64,000 nt of DNA from an uncultured Eubacteriales bacterium (GCA_964602455.1 CAZRRG010000002.1:1100-65099), one strand, 5' to 3'. Positions 9,200 to 18,908 are shown, numbered from the stretch's first letter. The notes: generated from the letters alone by a model not told the origin. Program-made: numbers and translations.

Positions 9200-10672
9200 A
9201 TGCCTTCACGGAGCGAGACGGAGAACATAGACCAGGAAGAAACCCAGGTACAGGTGCAACCCTCACCCGGAGAGATTCCATCTGCGTCCGTTGCTGAAGA
9301 GGCGCCGCGGCAGCGCAGGGCCAGGAGAATAGACCTCAGCAGCCACACCGTCGAGCAGAACATCTGGATACTGGCCGGCCCGCTAATCGCCGAGAGACTC
9401 CTCCAATCGCTAGTCGACTCCGCCGACATGGCCATGGTAGGCCGGGTAGGAGCATCCGCGGTGACGGCTGTCGGCCTTTCAAACCAGATCTCCATGATAG
9501 CCACGGGGTTCTTCGACGCCATCAGAGTCGGCACAACATCGGTAGTAGCGCGCCGTGTGGGCGCAGGACGGAACGACGAAGCCCAGCGGGCGCTGCGGCA
9601 GTCCTTACTCGTCGCCGCCGCTATCGGCATCATCTCTTTCCTGCTCTTCTCGGTTTTCTCCGGCACCTGCCTCAGGCTAATGGGGGCCGAGCCCGACGTC
9701 ATCACCCAGGGAACCAGGTACTTCTGGTGGAAGGGCCTCTCGCTGGTATTTGAGTACATCACGATGACATTCGCGGCGGGCTTGCGAGGATCGGGCAACA
9801 CCAGGCTGCCCATGTGGGTCGGAATGGTGGTCAACGGTCTCAACCTAGCCGGCAACTACGTCCTGATCGGCGGCAACCTCGGATTCCCCCGGATGAACGC
9901 AGAGGGCGCGGGCCTGGCAACCGCTTTCGCACGGTTCATCGGGATGATGATAATAATCCTGCTGACGACCACTCAGGCCAATCCTCTGAAAGACTGGCTA
10001 AAGGGTTCGTTCGGCCCCGACCGCGAAGCCCTCGGCAGTGTCCTTCGCATCGGCGTCCCGGCCTCAGGTGAAAGGCTTACCCTCCGCGGAGCCCAGCTCC
10101 TCTACACCAGGGCCATCGCCGGACTGGGAACCGCTGCATACGCTGCTCACCAGATAGCGCTGCGAACAGAGTCGATATCGCTAGTGCTTGGCTTCTCCTT
10201 CGGCGCTACGGCGACCACTCTCGTCGGGCAGTACTTGGGAGCGAATGACCATGAGAAGGCTGAAAGGGCTGCGCGGAAGTCTCAGCAGATAGCGACTGTG
10301 GCCATGGCGTGCGCCGGCGTCCTTCTGTTCATCTTCGCTCCGGTGATCGTGAGGCTGTTCATCCCCGACAATCCCGAGGTCGTAGCGCTGGGCGCCAGCG
10401 TTGTTAGGATCGTCGCTGTGGCGCAGCCGTTCATGGCCATCAACCACGTCCTCGCGGGCAGCCTGCGGGGCGCGGGCGACACGGCATGGGTTATGTACAT
10501 CACGGGCGCCAGCGCTTGGGCAGTGAGAGTCGTCCTTACCTACCTTCTGGTGGGAAGCTTTGGTCTGCACCTTCAGGGAGCCTGGTACGCCATGGTTCTG
10601 GACCTCGTCTTCCGCTCCGTCCTGTTCAGGTGGAGGTTCGGGACGGGAAAGTGGAAAGAGATACGGGTGTAG
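9200..10672 (+). CDS. MATE family efflux transporter
   Basis: 12-TM NorM-like sequence with a GAGGA RBS. Antisense ORFs over it are ignored. Confidence 0.8.
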   Translation: MPSRSETENIDQEETQVQVQPSPGEIPSASVAEEAPRQRRARRIDLSSHTVEQNIWILAGPLIAERLLQSLVDSADMAMVGRVGASAVTAVGLSNQISMIATGFFDAIRVGTTSVVARRVGAGRNDEAQRALRQSLLVAAAIGIISFLLFSVFSGTCLRLMGAEPDVITQGTRYFWWKGLSLVFEYITMTFAAGLRGSGNTRLPMWVGMVVNGLNLAGNYVLIGGNLGFPRMNAEGAGLATAFARFIGMMIIILLTTTQANPLKDWLKGSFGPDREALGSVLRIGVPASGERLTLRGAQLLYTRAIAGLGTAAYAAHQIALRTESISLVLGFSFGATATTLVGQYLGANDHEKAERAARKSQQIATVAMACAGVLLFIFAPVIVRLFIPDNPEVVALGASVVRIVAVAQPFMAINHVLAGSLRGAGDTAWVMYITGASAWAVRVVLTYLLVGSFGLHLQGAWYAMVLDLVFRSVLFRWRFGTGKWKEIRV

Positions 10673-10800
10673 TGGCTGCTAGGTGCCTGGATTAGTCAAG
10701 TCTGTCTAGCTGCCCTCTAGACCACAGAGTGACCTGTCCCTGTGAGTGCGAGATAGGCAAGCAAAGTCCATCCTTTGTTTGCCCTCCTCCAGCAAAACCG

Positions 10801-10806
10801 TATAAT
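10801..10806 (+). promoter_or_regulatory. TATAAT -10 box 12 nt upstream of tRNA-Pro
   Basis: cgTATAATgtgaatgtgCGGGG... Confidence 0.4.
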
Positions 10807-10818
10807 GTGAATGTGCGT

Positions 10819-10894
10819 CGGGGAGTGGCGCAGTTGGTAGCGCGCATGGTTTGGGACCATGAGGCCGCAGGTTCAAGTCCTGTCTCCCCGACCA
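10819..10894 (+). tRNA. tRNA-Pro (anticodon UGG), CCA encoded
   Basis: A manual cloverleaf gives a 7-bp acceptor stem, GCGC D-stem, anticodon loop TTTGGGA with G37, and T-loop GGTTCAAGTCC. The sequence continues ...CTCCCCG A CCA. Confidence 0.9.
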
Positions 10895-11532
10895 TCGTGT
10901 TTGAAGAATGACCGGTAGATCTCCGCCGACAACACCCGGTAGGCCGGCCGATACTCAGCGCGATACTGACGGGAGTGGTGCACCGCAGGGTAATGCTCTC
11001 GCACCACGTACGACGTGAAACCTCGGTAACTAGCTCGTCCGAACGGCAGCACACCATCCCGGATCAGTCGTCCCACGACAGCCCAACTGTGCGCAAGATC
11101 TCTCCAGTCGCCGGGCGGCCTCTCCGCAAAGGCGACGAGCGCTCTAGATAGGGCCTCAACGTCCAGACCCAGTCTCTTGAACGGACGCAGGTTCATCCGC
11201 CCAACCGTATCATCCGGGGAAATGCTTTCCCACAGCGGCTCGTCTTCGCACTCATCCGGAGCGTCGGCGAGACGGGCGAGCTCCTCGTTAAGCGAGCGGA
11301 GGGCCTGCTCCGGCGAAGCAATCAGGTGGCCGACACCTAAGTAGGCCTGGTAAAGCATCTTGTAGATATCGCGAACCTGCATGAGCGGCCTGCGATTTCG
11401 GTGCACGAGGATCAGCGACGCCAGACTCCGCTCACGGTCCGCTTCATGGGACTCGGTGCCGCCCGCTTGTTGTATGACGCCCTGCCGTGCGCTCATGGTG
11501 TCCTCTCCGCTCGAGTCATTTCCCGTCTGCAC
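10873..11532 (-). CDS. Hypothetical protein
   Basis: Long ORF at the expected codon GC with no recognisable motifs. Its 3' end overlaps the tRNA on the opposite strand, so the true extent is uncertain. Confidence 0.3.
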   Translation of the reverse strand: MQTGNDSSGEDTMSARQGVIQQAGGTESHEADRERSLASLILVHRNRRPLMQVRDIYKMLYQAYLGVGHLIASPEQALRSLNEELARLADAPDECEDEPLWESISPDDTVGRMNLRPFKRLGLDVEALSRALVAFAERPPGDWRDLAHSWAVVGRLIRDGVLPFGRASYRGFTSYVVREHYPAVHHSRQYRAEYRPAYRVLSAEIYRSFFKHDGRGDRT

Positions 11533-11601
11533 CTGTTTCTTCCTTGAGTTCTCTCACAAGAGAGTGCTTTTTTTGACGAACGAGAGCGGCATGGTCTTCT
11601 T

Positions 11602-12324
11602 CTAGTTGCGGCACGCACTCCCCGGCTTTCGGAAGCCTGAGACAAGACCAAGCGCGATGCAGCCAATCATTGTGGCGAGTATATACCTCACGGTGAACCA
11701 AGGCGCTGTTGGATCGCCTCCTCCGCTGATCCTGTTCATCAGTTCTGGCAGTCTCCATATGCTGATATCGTATATGAGAGAACTAAGTCCCAGTATGGCA
11801 GCTTTTTCGCCGGTCCAAGCGAACAAGAGAGCTGATGTGATGGCGACCGGACGGTCTCGCCGGTACTTGAACGCCGTTCGAAAGTACAGGGTTCCCACGC
11901 CGAACGGAACTGCGAACAGTACGAGTGCGAACAGCCTGAGTGCCCTCGGGTTGCCGACAATGGGAATCCCCGGGCGTGCGTCATATGTGTAGCCTGCCGC
12001 GGCAAGAAAGCCAAATGACACTACATAGGCGAGAGCCATCAACGAACAACCAATCAGGACGCGCGCGAAGTAATAGCCTCCGCGACTGGATACTACATGC
12101 AAACAAGCTGCCTTGTACTTCTCCCGAAGGCTGTTGACGTCGCCCATTACCCCGATTACCTTGACTCTGGCTTCTTCCGTCTCATATCCCCGCTCGATCA
12201 GGAGCTGGTACTCCTCAGACAGATGGCTCATCAACTCGGCTCTTGCCCTGCTGTAGTAGGAAGGGTCGCTCACATCTCGGAGTATGTCGCTGACGTAGTC
12301 CTCCATCCACTTAGGGTTGTTCAC
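11602..12324 (-). CDS. DUF1700/HAAS-like membrane protein (PadR-associated)
   Basis: DUF1700-like helical N-terminus followed by 4-5 TM segments. It overlaps the upstream PadR gene. Confidence 0.55.
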   Translation of the reverse strand: MNNPKWMEDYVSDILRDVSDPSYYSRARAELMSHLSEEYQLLIERGYETEEARVKVIGVMGDVNSLREKYKAACLHVVSSRGGYYFARVLIGCSLMALAYVVSFGFLAAAGYTYDARPGIPIVGNPRALRLFALVLFAVPFGVGTLYFRTAFKYRRDRPVAITSALLFAWTGEKAAILGLSSLIYDISIWRLPELMNRISGGGDPTAPWFTVRYILATMIGCIALGLVSGFRKPGSACRN

Positions 12325-12724
12325 TTAGTTCCCTCCCCAAAATGCGCTCCATGGCATTGACGAGGTCTTCCCATTGCTGCTTCTTGTGTGCCAGAACTGA
12401 GCGTCCCTCTTCGGTCAGCCTGTAGTAGCGGCGCTTTCTGCCGTTCACGGTGGTCTCGTACGAGTCGATATGGTTCTTGCTCTCCATGACGTGGAGCAAC
12501 GGATAAAGACTTCCTTGACTCATTGAAAACGCCTTGCCGGATACGAGCTCCATCTCCTGGATGAGTTCGTAGCCATGCATATCCTTTCTACTGAGTAGCT
12601 CAAGGACGATGATCTCGTGTGTTCCTTTGGACAGTTCTTTGTTGATCCTCACCATGACACCTCTATATAAGATGTATGCGATGCCGGGAGCCGCGTCAAG
12701 GGCAATCGGCACGTTCGACGTCAA
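12311..12724 (-). CDS. PadR family transcriptional regulator
   Basis: HGYELIQEME...GSLYPLLHVMES winged helix. Confidence 0.85.
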   Translation of the reverse strand: MTSNVPIALDAAPGIAYILYRGVMVRINKELSKGTHEIIVLELLSRKDMHGYELIQEMELVSGKAFSMSQGSLYPLLHVMESKNHIDSYETTVNGRKRRYYRLTEEGRSVLAHKKQQWEDLVNAMERILGRELSEQP

Positions 12725-12793
12725 GGGAACCCGCCCCCGCCCGGCGAACTGACAACCCAGACAGGCAAGAGTCTACACCGCGGGAGGGCACAC

Positions 12794-13588
12794 ATGGAAC
12801 CCGGACCCAAGGACAGCGCCGGCAGCTTCTCAGGTTTCTTCGCGGAGTTCTACGACATACTCCACGCAGGGTTGGACGACGTCGACGCCTATGTCGAGTA
12901 CGCTTCCCGGTTTGGGCCGCGGGTCCTGGAACTCGGGTGCGGCACGGGACGTATCCTCATCCCCTTGGCATGCGCGGGGTTCACCGTGACAGGCGTCGAT
13001 TCTTCCGGCGACATGATAGCCATCTGTCGTGAGAGACTGGGATACGAGCCGGAGGACGTGCAGGCAAGGGTCACGGTCATTCAACAAGATGCAAGGGACC
13101 TACACCTGCAGGAACGCTTCGACCTCATCATCGCCCCGTGCAACTTCCTGAACTACTTCACTGCGCCGGGAGACGTCGAGAAGGTACTCGCCAGGATCCG
13201 GGAGCACCTGGCCCCTGAAGGGACCTTCCTCCTTGACAACGGCGTTCCGGACATGGAACACATGCGGTCGGTGGACGGGACCACCCGGGAGTTCGAGTTT
13301 GAGCATCCCCTCACCGGAACTACCATAACGTACAGGATTACCACCAGGTATGACTTCCAGAGCCAGCGGGAGTTTACCCACTTGGAGCTTGTCGAGGAGG
13401 ACATCTTACCTCTTCGCTTCGCCGAAGCAGATGAGACGCTGGCCTACTACCTTCCTTCCCAGGTTAGGGCCATGTTGTCCGCGGCAGGGTTCGAGATTGT
13501 CGGCGAGCGAGGCTCGCTCACAGAGGACGTCCCGGTGTCCGAGGGCGGCGGCGAGATGGTGTTCTTCTGCAAGCGCAAGGACGCATAG
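12794..13588 (+). CDS. Class I SAM-dependent methyltransferase
   Basis: VLELGCGTGRIL motif I. GGGAGGG RBS. Confidence 0.8.
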   Translation: MEPGPKDSAGSFSGFFAEFYDILHAGLDDVDAYVEYASRFGPRVLELGCGTGRILIPLACAGFTVTGVDSSGDMIAICRERLGYEPEDVQARVTVIQQDARDLHLQERFDLIIAPCNFLNYFTAPGDVEKVLARIREHLAPEGTFLLDNGVPDMEHMRSVDGTTREFEFEHPLTGTTITYRITTRYDFQSQREFTHLELVEEDILPLRFAEADETLAYYLPSQVRAMLSAAGFEIVGERGSLTEDVPVSEGGGEMVFFCKRKDA

Positions 13589-13666
13589 ACTGGCGCCAAC
13601 CTGTCCTAACCCAGCCCAACAGAGTATGATGGACGTAATTGACCACATGTGCCTGGAGTGAGCCTG

Positions 13667-14497
13667 TTGAAGACCGGAGTCGATATCGGAGGATCCCTTA
13701 CCAAGGTCGTGACTATTGAGGGCGACGAAAGGCGGTACTGCCTGCTCGAACACACAGATGCGTCAAGTGTGGCGAAGATGATACCCCACGAAGGCGAGAT
13801 CTATGTCACAGGTTGCGGCGCCAAAGAAGTGGTAAGGCGCCTTGGTCGCCACGCCCATGTTGCCGATGAACTCCAGAGTTTCTGCGCCGGGGCTCGGCAG
13901 TTGTTCACCGAAGAGGGTCACGGCCAGGACCCCTTTGTGCTTGTCAGCATGGGGACAGGCACATCGGTCTTCTACGTCTCCCCTACGTCCGGCACCCGTG
14001 CGGCCGGCACAGGAGTTGGAGGAGGCACCATCATAGGGCTTGGCAGTCTCGTTCTGTCGACCAGGGACTTTGGGAAGATCATGGAGATGGCCTCCATAGG
14101 TAAGAGGCAGCGGGTGGACCTTATGGTAAGCGACCTCTACCGCGATGCCGCGGACTCGCCGGTCCTTAGCGCCCTCACGGCAGCCAACTTCGGCAGAGCG
14201 AGCGGAGGCTCATTGGGTTGCGGCGGGCCGGACGACGCTAAGGCCGCAACTCCCGCCACGCTTGAGGACATATCTTCCGCCATCGTGCAAGTGGTGGTAG
14301 AGACGGTCGCCGTGCTGTCGATCCAAGTGGCAAGGACGTACAAGGCCCACTCTGTCGTTGTGGCAGGCTCACCGAGCAGCCATCCGCTAATTCGCGATCG
14401 TTTCCTCGAGCTCAAAGGCCTCTTGGGGCACGAGTTCACCTTCCTCGAGCACGGGGCGTTCTGCGGCGCTTTGGGAGCAACCCTGCTCAGCCGATAA
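13667..14497 (+). CDS. coaW: Type II pantothenate kinase
   Basis: Blockwise similarity to Staphylococcus CoaW: MKTGVDIGGSLTKVV, MGTGTSVFYV, GTGVGGGTIIGLGSLVL, ALTAANFG, EHGAFCGALGA. TTG start 8 nt after GGAG (the ORF track starts at 13649). Confidence 0.75.
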   Translation: MKTGVDIGGSLTKVVTIEGDERRYCLLEHTDASSVAKMIPHEGEIYVTGCGAKEVVRRLGRHAHVADELQSFCAGARQLFTEEGHGQDPFVLVSMGTGTSVFYVSPTSGTRAAGTGVGGGTIIGLGSLVLSTRDFGKIMEMASIGKRQRVDLMVSDLYRDAADSPVLSALTAANFGRASGGSLGCGGPDDAKAATPATLEDISSAIVQVVVETVAVLSIQVARTYKAHSVVVAGSPSSHPLIRDRFLELKGLLGHEFTFLEHGAFCGALGATLLSR

Positions 14498-15776
14498 GAC
14501 CCGAGTCGAGCGCGGCCAGCACAAGGTGGGCGGCCCAACCCCTCGGCAGAGGGCGATCGGGGTCGACATCCTTGGGCAGAGCGCCGAGCAGCCTGACCGC
14601 AGCCTGATCCTGCTTTCCCGCCAGCGCCGCTGCAACTTCCCTTGCGGTGAGCGGACTACCGGTTCTTCCTGAGAGGCCCGCCTGGAGGGCGCCCGGTCCT
14701 GCCACCTTCTCCGGCCAGGGTCCTTCCAGGATCGCCGCAAGTTCACCGCCTGTAACGGGTCTGCCGGGCGAGAAGGAGTTGTCCCGAAAGCCCGCCCTGA
14801 AGCCTCGCTTTGCGAGAGCCAGCACGCCGGGGAAGAACGGGTCCGCGGGCGATACGTCGGTGAATGGCGACATATCCAGGAGCTCAGACACGGTCACCAC
14901 CTGGTAACCGTACGACTTCAGGAGTTCAAGCTGCCGTGGCAGCGCATCGACAATGGGACTCTCGCCCGACATGTTGTAGCCGTCTTTCTGGAAGATGATC
15001 TGCCCGTTCAAGGAAGCGGGATCTCTGGCCAGTTCACGCTCAAGAGCGGCCACCATCGCGTCGACGTCCCGCTTGTAGTCTCCGGTGGAAGCCTTCCACC
15101 CTCCTCCGTCAAAGCTGGCAGCCAGGTAGTTGTAGCGCAGGCGGCCGTACACGTCGTAAGCGGTCTTCCCGTCGGGGATTCCGTCTATGTAGTGAGGCGG
15201 GCGGGCAAGGCGCATCTCGTACCCGAGTTCGGACTTCACATAGTCGTGCAGCTTCCGGAGATCATCTACCACCTCACTGCTGTTTCGAAAGTGCCCCCTC
15301 GAACCGTACACGATGCGACTGGGTCCGAAGTCTATGTGTGTCATGCCGTGGTTGGCGAGCTCGTGGCCTTCATCCAATATCCGCCTCGCCAACGCTTTCT
15401 GATTGGCTGCGCCGGCCAGGCTGTCGCTGCCGAACTCAGGGTAATGGTCGTACTTCACTCCGCTCCAAAGCGCAGTCCCAGACCTGCCTTTCCTGTCAGG
15501 GTAGTTCCCTGCGGTGCTGCCGATAACGTCGAAGGTCCCTCTCGCGCCGTACCGGCGAAGGGTGTCAAGCAGGCTCTCGGTGAGGCCCTTGCCGCTACCC
15601 GGCCTGGCGGGCGAAGCGGTGGGACCGTCGTCGAAGGTCATTGCCACCACCAGGCGACCCGGCGGAGGGAACACCCTCTCGATGCGCCTTACCGAACTGA
15701 GCGTGCGAGCCATCTTGGCTTTGCGAAGGGCTTTGAAGCCGCGATTAACCATCCTTAGAGGTGCGAGGACATCCAT
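14487..15776 (-). CDS. Polysaccharide deacetylase (NodB domain) with a C-terminal SLH-like segment
   Basis: VVAMTFDDGP NodB motifs. C-terminus FTDVSPADPFFPGVLALAKRGFRAGFRDNSFSPGRPVTGGELAAIL resembles an S-layer homology repeat. Confidence 0.75.
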   Translation of the reverse strand: MDVLAPLRMVNRGFKALRKAKMARTLSSVRRIERVFPPPGRLVVAMTFDDGPTASPARPGSGKGLTESLLDTLRRYGARGTFDVIGSTAGNYPDRKGRSGTALWSGVKYDHYPEFGSDSLAGAANQKALARRILDEGHELANHGMTHIDFGPSRIVYGSRGHFRNSSEVVDDLRKLHDYVKSELGYEMRLARPPHYIDGIPDGKTAYDVYGRLRYNYLAASFDGGGWKASTGDYKRDVDAMVAALERELARDPASLNGQIIFQKDGYNMSGESPIVDALPRQLELLKSYGYQVVTVSELLDMSPFTDVSPADPFFPGVLALAKRGFRAGFRDNSFSPGRPVTGGELAAILEGPWPEKVAGPGALQAGLSGRTGSPLTAREVAAALAGKQDQAAVRLLGALPKDVDPDRPLPRGWAAHLVLAALDSGLIG

Positions 15777-15786
15777 TGCTTGCTCC

Positions 15787-16596
15787 TTAGCGGGTGCTAC
15801 CCGTGTCGTCGAGGGGCCCTAGGATGAGGTTCTCCAGCCATCGACCGGCCGGACCAATAGCGGCTAGGGTCAACCGCATAAGCGCCTTTGGGGCCTTGGC
15901 GTAGCGCCCCGTCTTTCGCATCTTGACGAGGCTCGTGAGAGGGCTCGCGGTCCGCGGCGCGGGAATCCCAAAGGGTACAGCCAACCCTTGGAGCACCGCT
16001 TCCTTGACCTGCTCAGCCGAAGCGCCGGGTCCCAGCGACAGGATCTCGCATCCAGCCCTTGCGACCTCCCAATGGAAGTGAGCGTCGCTCCCACCCACCA
16101 TAGGTATACCCTGGGCTCGCGCGAGATCCTGAGCCATCCGGTTAGCCTCTGGGTTTCTCATGGAGTCCGCTCTGCCGTTGTAGCCCTCCAAGGCATCAAG
16201 CCCGGAGGTCCGGAACAGATCCGCCGGGAGATTCATCCTCGCCTCAAACGGGTGGGCTAACACGGCGATGCCACCCTTTTCGTGAATAGCCGCGACTACA
16301 GCGTCGAGCGGGTATGCGGTCGATGGTGCGCCGCCAGGCAAGGATACCGTAGGCTCTTCCTCAAGGAACAGCCCCACTACATGTCCGACGGGGGTGGAGT
16401 ACTCGATGCCGGGTACCACCAGGAACATCGGGTCCCGGTTTAGCGCTCTCGCCTCAAGGCCGCCCCGGAGCGAAAGATGGTCTGTAACGGCGACTCCGTT
16501 GAGTCCACGCTCACGGGCCAACCTCACTATGTCCGACGGCTCAACCCGCGAGTCGTCCGAGTACTTGGAGTGCGTATGTAGGTCAAGCTTCAGCAA
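15787..16596 (-). CDS. PHP-domain metal-dependent phosphoesterase
   Basis: MLKLDLHTHSKYSDD...VTDH. TTG start with a GGAGGA RBS. Confidence 0.75.
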   Translation of the reverse strand: MLKLDLHTHSKYSDDSRVEPSDIVRLARERGLNGVAVTDHLSLRGGLEARALNRDPMFLVVPGIEYSTPVGHVVGLFLEEEPTVSLPGGAPSTAYPLDAVVAAIHEKGGIAVLAHPFEARMNLPADLFRTSGLDALEGYNGRADSMRNPEANRMAQDLARAQGIPMVGGSDAHFHWEVARAGCEILSLGPGASAEQVKEAVLQGLAVPFGIPAPRTASPLTSLVKMRKTGRYAKAPKALMRLTLAAIGPAGRWLENLILGPLDDTGSTR

Positions 16597-16639
16597 GAAA
16601 TGATCCTCCGTAATCCGCCCTTATGTGCTGTCGGCCCAT

Positions 16640-17803
16640 CTATGTACTGCGCTTGCCGAGGGCCCTCATCAAGTAAAACAGCCCCGGCAGGGGATCCTTC
16701 AGGCGAAACACCCCATCGACAACCCTTGGATCCAGAAGGTCCTTGGCGAAACCCGCCAGGAACGCCGCCTTGTTCGGCACCCGGCGCAAGTAACCCTTCA
16801 CTGACAGGAGATCCTGGAAGAGATAGCGCATGCGCACTCCGGTCCTGTACGAGGGTGGCTCACCGGCATCCTCCCCCATGGCAACCCGCCCGAGGGCGTC
16901 AGGGAAGTTGAGGCCCGCGGCGGCCGATAGAGGCAGACTGCCCCAGAACCGCGGGTTTATCTCCATGAGCACGTAGTCGCCGGTCGAGGTCTCGCGCTTC
17001 CATTCAACCATAGCGACGCCGTACCACTTGAGCTCTTTGAGCAAGCGAAGGCTCATCTCAATCAGCCGTTCGTCGCGGACGCTCTCGCAGAAACAGCTGG
17101 GCCCGCCGGTGACAGGGTACTCCCTCACGCGCCTGTGGCAGAAGACCATTGCCGGCTTTGAGGAGGCGTCAAGCACGGCGGACATTCCCCAGCCGTCGCC
17201 CCGTATGTACTCCTGCACCAGGGGAGATGCCTGCATCGCTGCCATCCTGGCGTAGACTGACGCAAACGTGGACGCGTCCTCAACAATCGCATACCTGCGC
17301 TCAGGCGGAAGCGCCAGGGCTTCCCCCTCCCGGTACTTGACGACCACTGGGAACCTGAGGCGAGGGATGATCTTGCCGGGGTCGTCTCCGGGCACGGGTT
17401 CCTCTGTACGCGGTACGCGCAACCCCAGCCGGCTGGCGACCTTGAGCAGCCGGTCAGTATCGTTGGCGATGTTTATGGCGTCAAGGGATGGAAGGGCGAC
17501 ATGGAACCGTTCCCGCACCTCTTCGATCCGTGCCGCAACGGCCAGGATACTTGAGAGAGAAACCGGTATAAGGACATCGCCTTTCTTGCCCAGACTCAAG
17601 AGGTCTTGCACAAATGAGTCAGGGCTTGTCCTGCTTGAGTGGACAAAAAGCTTCTCCGACGCAAACCTTGAGTGGAAACCGAGGGCGTCGACCGTCGATG
17701 TGCCCAGCTCCTCGGTGGCGATCACTCGATGGCCGGCCTCGCCCAAAGAGCGGATCACCGAAAGAGACATCCTATACCGCGCATCGGTTACTATGACGCT
17801 CAA
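16640..17803 (-). CDS. ATP-grasp domain protein (COG3919-like predicted amidoligase)
   Basis: Pre-ATP-grasp N-terminus, ...VVVKYREGEALALP..., EINPRFWGS. The TTG start overlaps the MBL gene stop (TTGA). Confidence 0.65.
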   Translation of the reverse strand: MSVIVTDARYRMSLSVIRSLGEAGHRVIATEELGTSTVDALGFHSRFASEKLFVHSSRTSPDSFVQDLLSLGKKGDVLIPVSLSSILAVAARIEEVRERFHVALPSLDAINIANDTDRLLKVASRLGLRVPRTEEPVPGDDPGKIIPRLRFPVVVKYREGEALALPPERRYAIVEDASTFASVYARMAAMQASPLVQEYIRGDGWGMSAVLDASSKPAMVFCHRRVREYPVTGGPSCFCESVRDERLIEMSLRLLKELKWYGVAMVEWKRETSTGDYVLMEINPRFWGSLPLSAAAGLNFPDALGRVAMGEDAGEPPSYRTGVRMRYLFQDLLSVKGYLRRVPNKAAFLAGFAKDLLDPRVVDGVFRLKDPLPGLFYLMRALGKRST

Positions 17804-18750
17804 CCCTTGGCCTCCATCGAGCTGATAAACCCCTTTATGCTGCTCTTGAGGTAGAACGCCTCTCTCTCCTGTACCTTTGGGTCAAGATTTCTGAACTCAG
17901 ATAGCCTGTGATCGCGGGTGAGCAGGCGCTGCAGGCACACTTCGACCAACCCATCGAGCTCGGCGCCTTCCGCCACAATCTCACCTATCACATCCCGCCA
18001 CAGCGCCAGCTGCTCTTTCTCCTCCTGTAGAAGACGCTTGACGTCGGAGGAGATGCCGTAGTGCCCGTAGCAGATCATGGAGGCGCCGGCGGAAGCCAAT
18101 GCGTCGATGGACGCGAGAGTCACATCGTAGAAGAACCTGGGCGGCGTTGCGGGGCGGAGATAGTCGCCGTAGAAGTAAGCGCCGGCTGCCTCACCGGCAA
18201 ACAGCACGTCTTTCTCGCCCAACCTGAACAGGTACGACTGGTGGTGGGGCGAATGGCCTGGGGTATCCAGAACCCGGAGCCCATCGACACCCCTGTCCCG
18301 CGGCATCAGATTGCTCTCCGGTACCGGGGATATCGGGCCGAATGCCTCGGCTACCTGCCCCAGAGTCGCGAGGCTCCCTTCCCACAGTCTTGCGGGGTCC
18401 AGGAGATGGGGACGCCCCTTGTCGTGGACCAGAACCTTGAGGCCCGGGTATGTGCGAACGAGCTCGCCAAGCCCTCCCGCGTGGTCGATGTGAACGTGAG
18501 TCAGGAGGACGTAATCGATCCTTCGCACCGACAAGCTCTCAAGGCACTCAAGGAGCGACGGGATGCCGCACGCCGGACCGGGGTCCACCAGCATGGTCCT
18601 GTACAGGCCGGTGCCCATCACGAGGCCAAACCCGCTTTCCCGGATTAGGTACGGGGTTATGAAGTCCTTGTAGCCCGGAATAGGGATGTCGAGGCGCAAC
18701 CTGTATAGATCAGCGTTATCGAGAGAAAGGATTTCGTCTATTTCTGCCAA
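17800..18750 (-). CDS. MBL-fold metallo-hydrolase
   Basis: LLTHVHIDHAGG motif. Confidence 0.8.
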   Translation of the reverse strand: MAEIDEILSLDNADLYRLRLDIPIPGYKDFITPYLIRESGFGLVMGTGLYRTMLVDPGPACGIPSLLECLESLSVRRIDYVLLTHVHIDHAGGLGELVRTYPGLKVLVHDKGRPHLLDPARLWEGSLATLGQVAEAFGPISPVPESNLMPRDRGVDGLRVLDTPGHSPHHQSYLFRLGEKDVLFAGEAAGAYFYGDYLRPATPPRFFYDVTLASIDALASAGASMICYGHYGISSDVKRLLQEEKEQLALWRDVIGEIVAEGAELDGLVEVCLQRLLTRDHRLSEFRNLDPKVQEREAFYLKSSIKGFISSMEAKG

Positions 18751-18908
18751 GAGGAACCGTCTCCGTTCGTCGTCGGTACTTGCCTCTAGTCCATCATACC
18801 CTGTGCCAAGTTTTATGCAAAATTGAGGGACCGGGATAGTAACTGAGCAGGGGCACTACGAATCTAAGAGTACATGCGCGGAATCGGACCGAGACCGGGG
18901 GATGACGA

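Noticed and set aside
9169-9855. 228-aa minus-strand ORF
   Set aside because: It is antisense within the MATE transporter gene and has no motifs.
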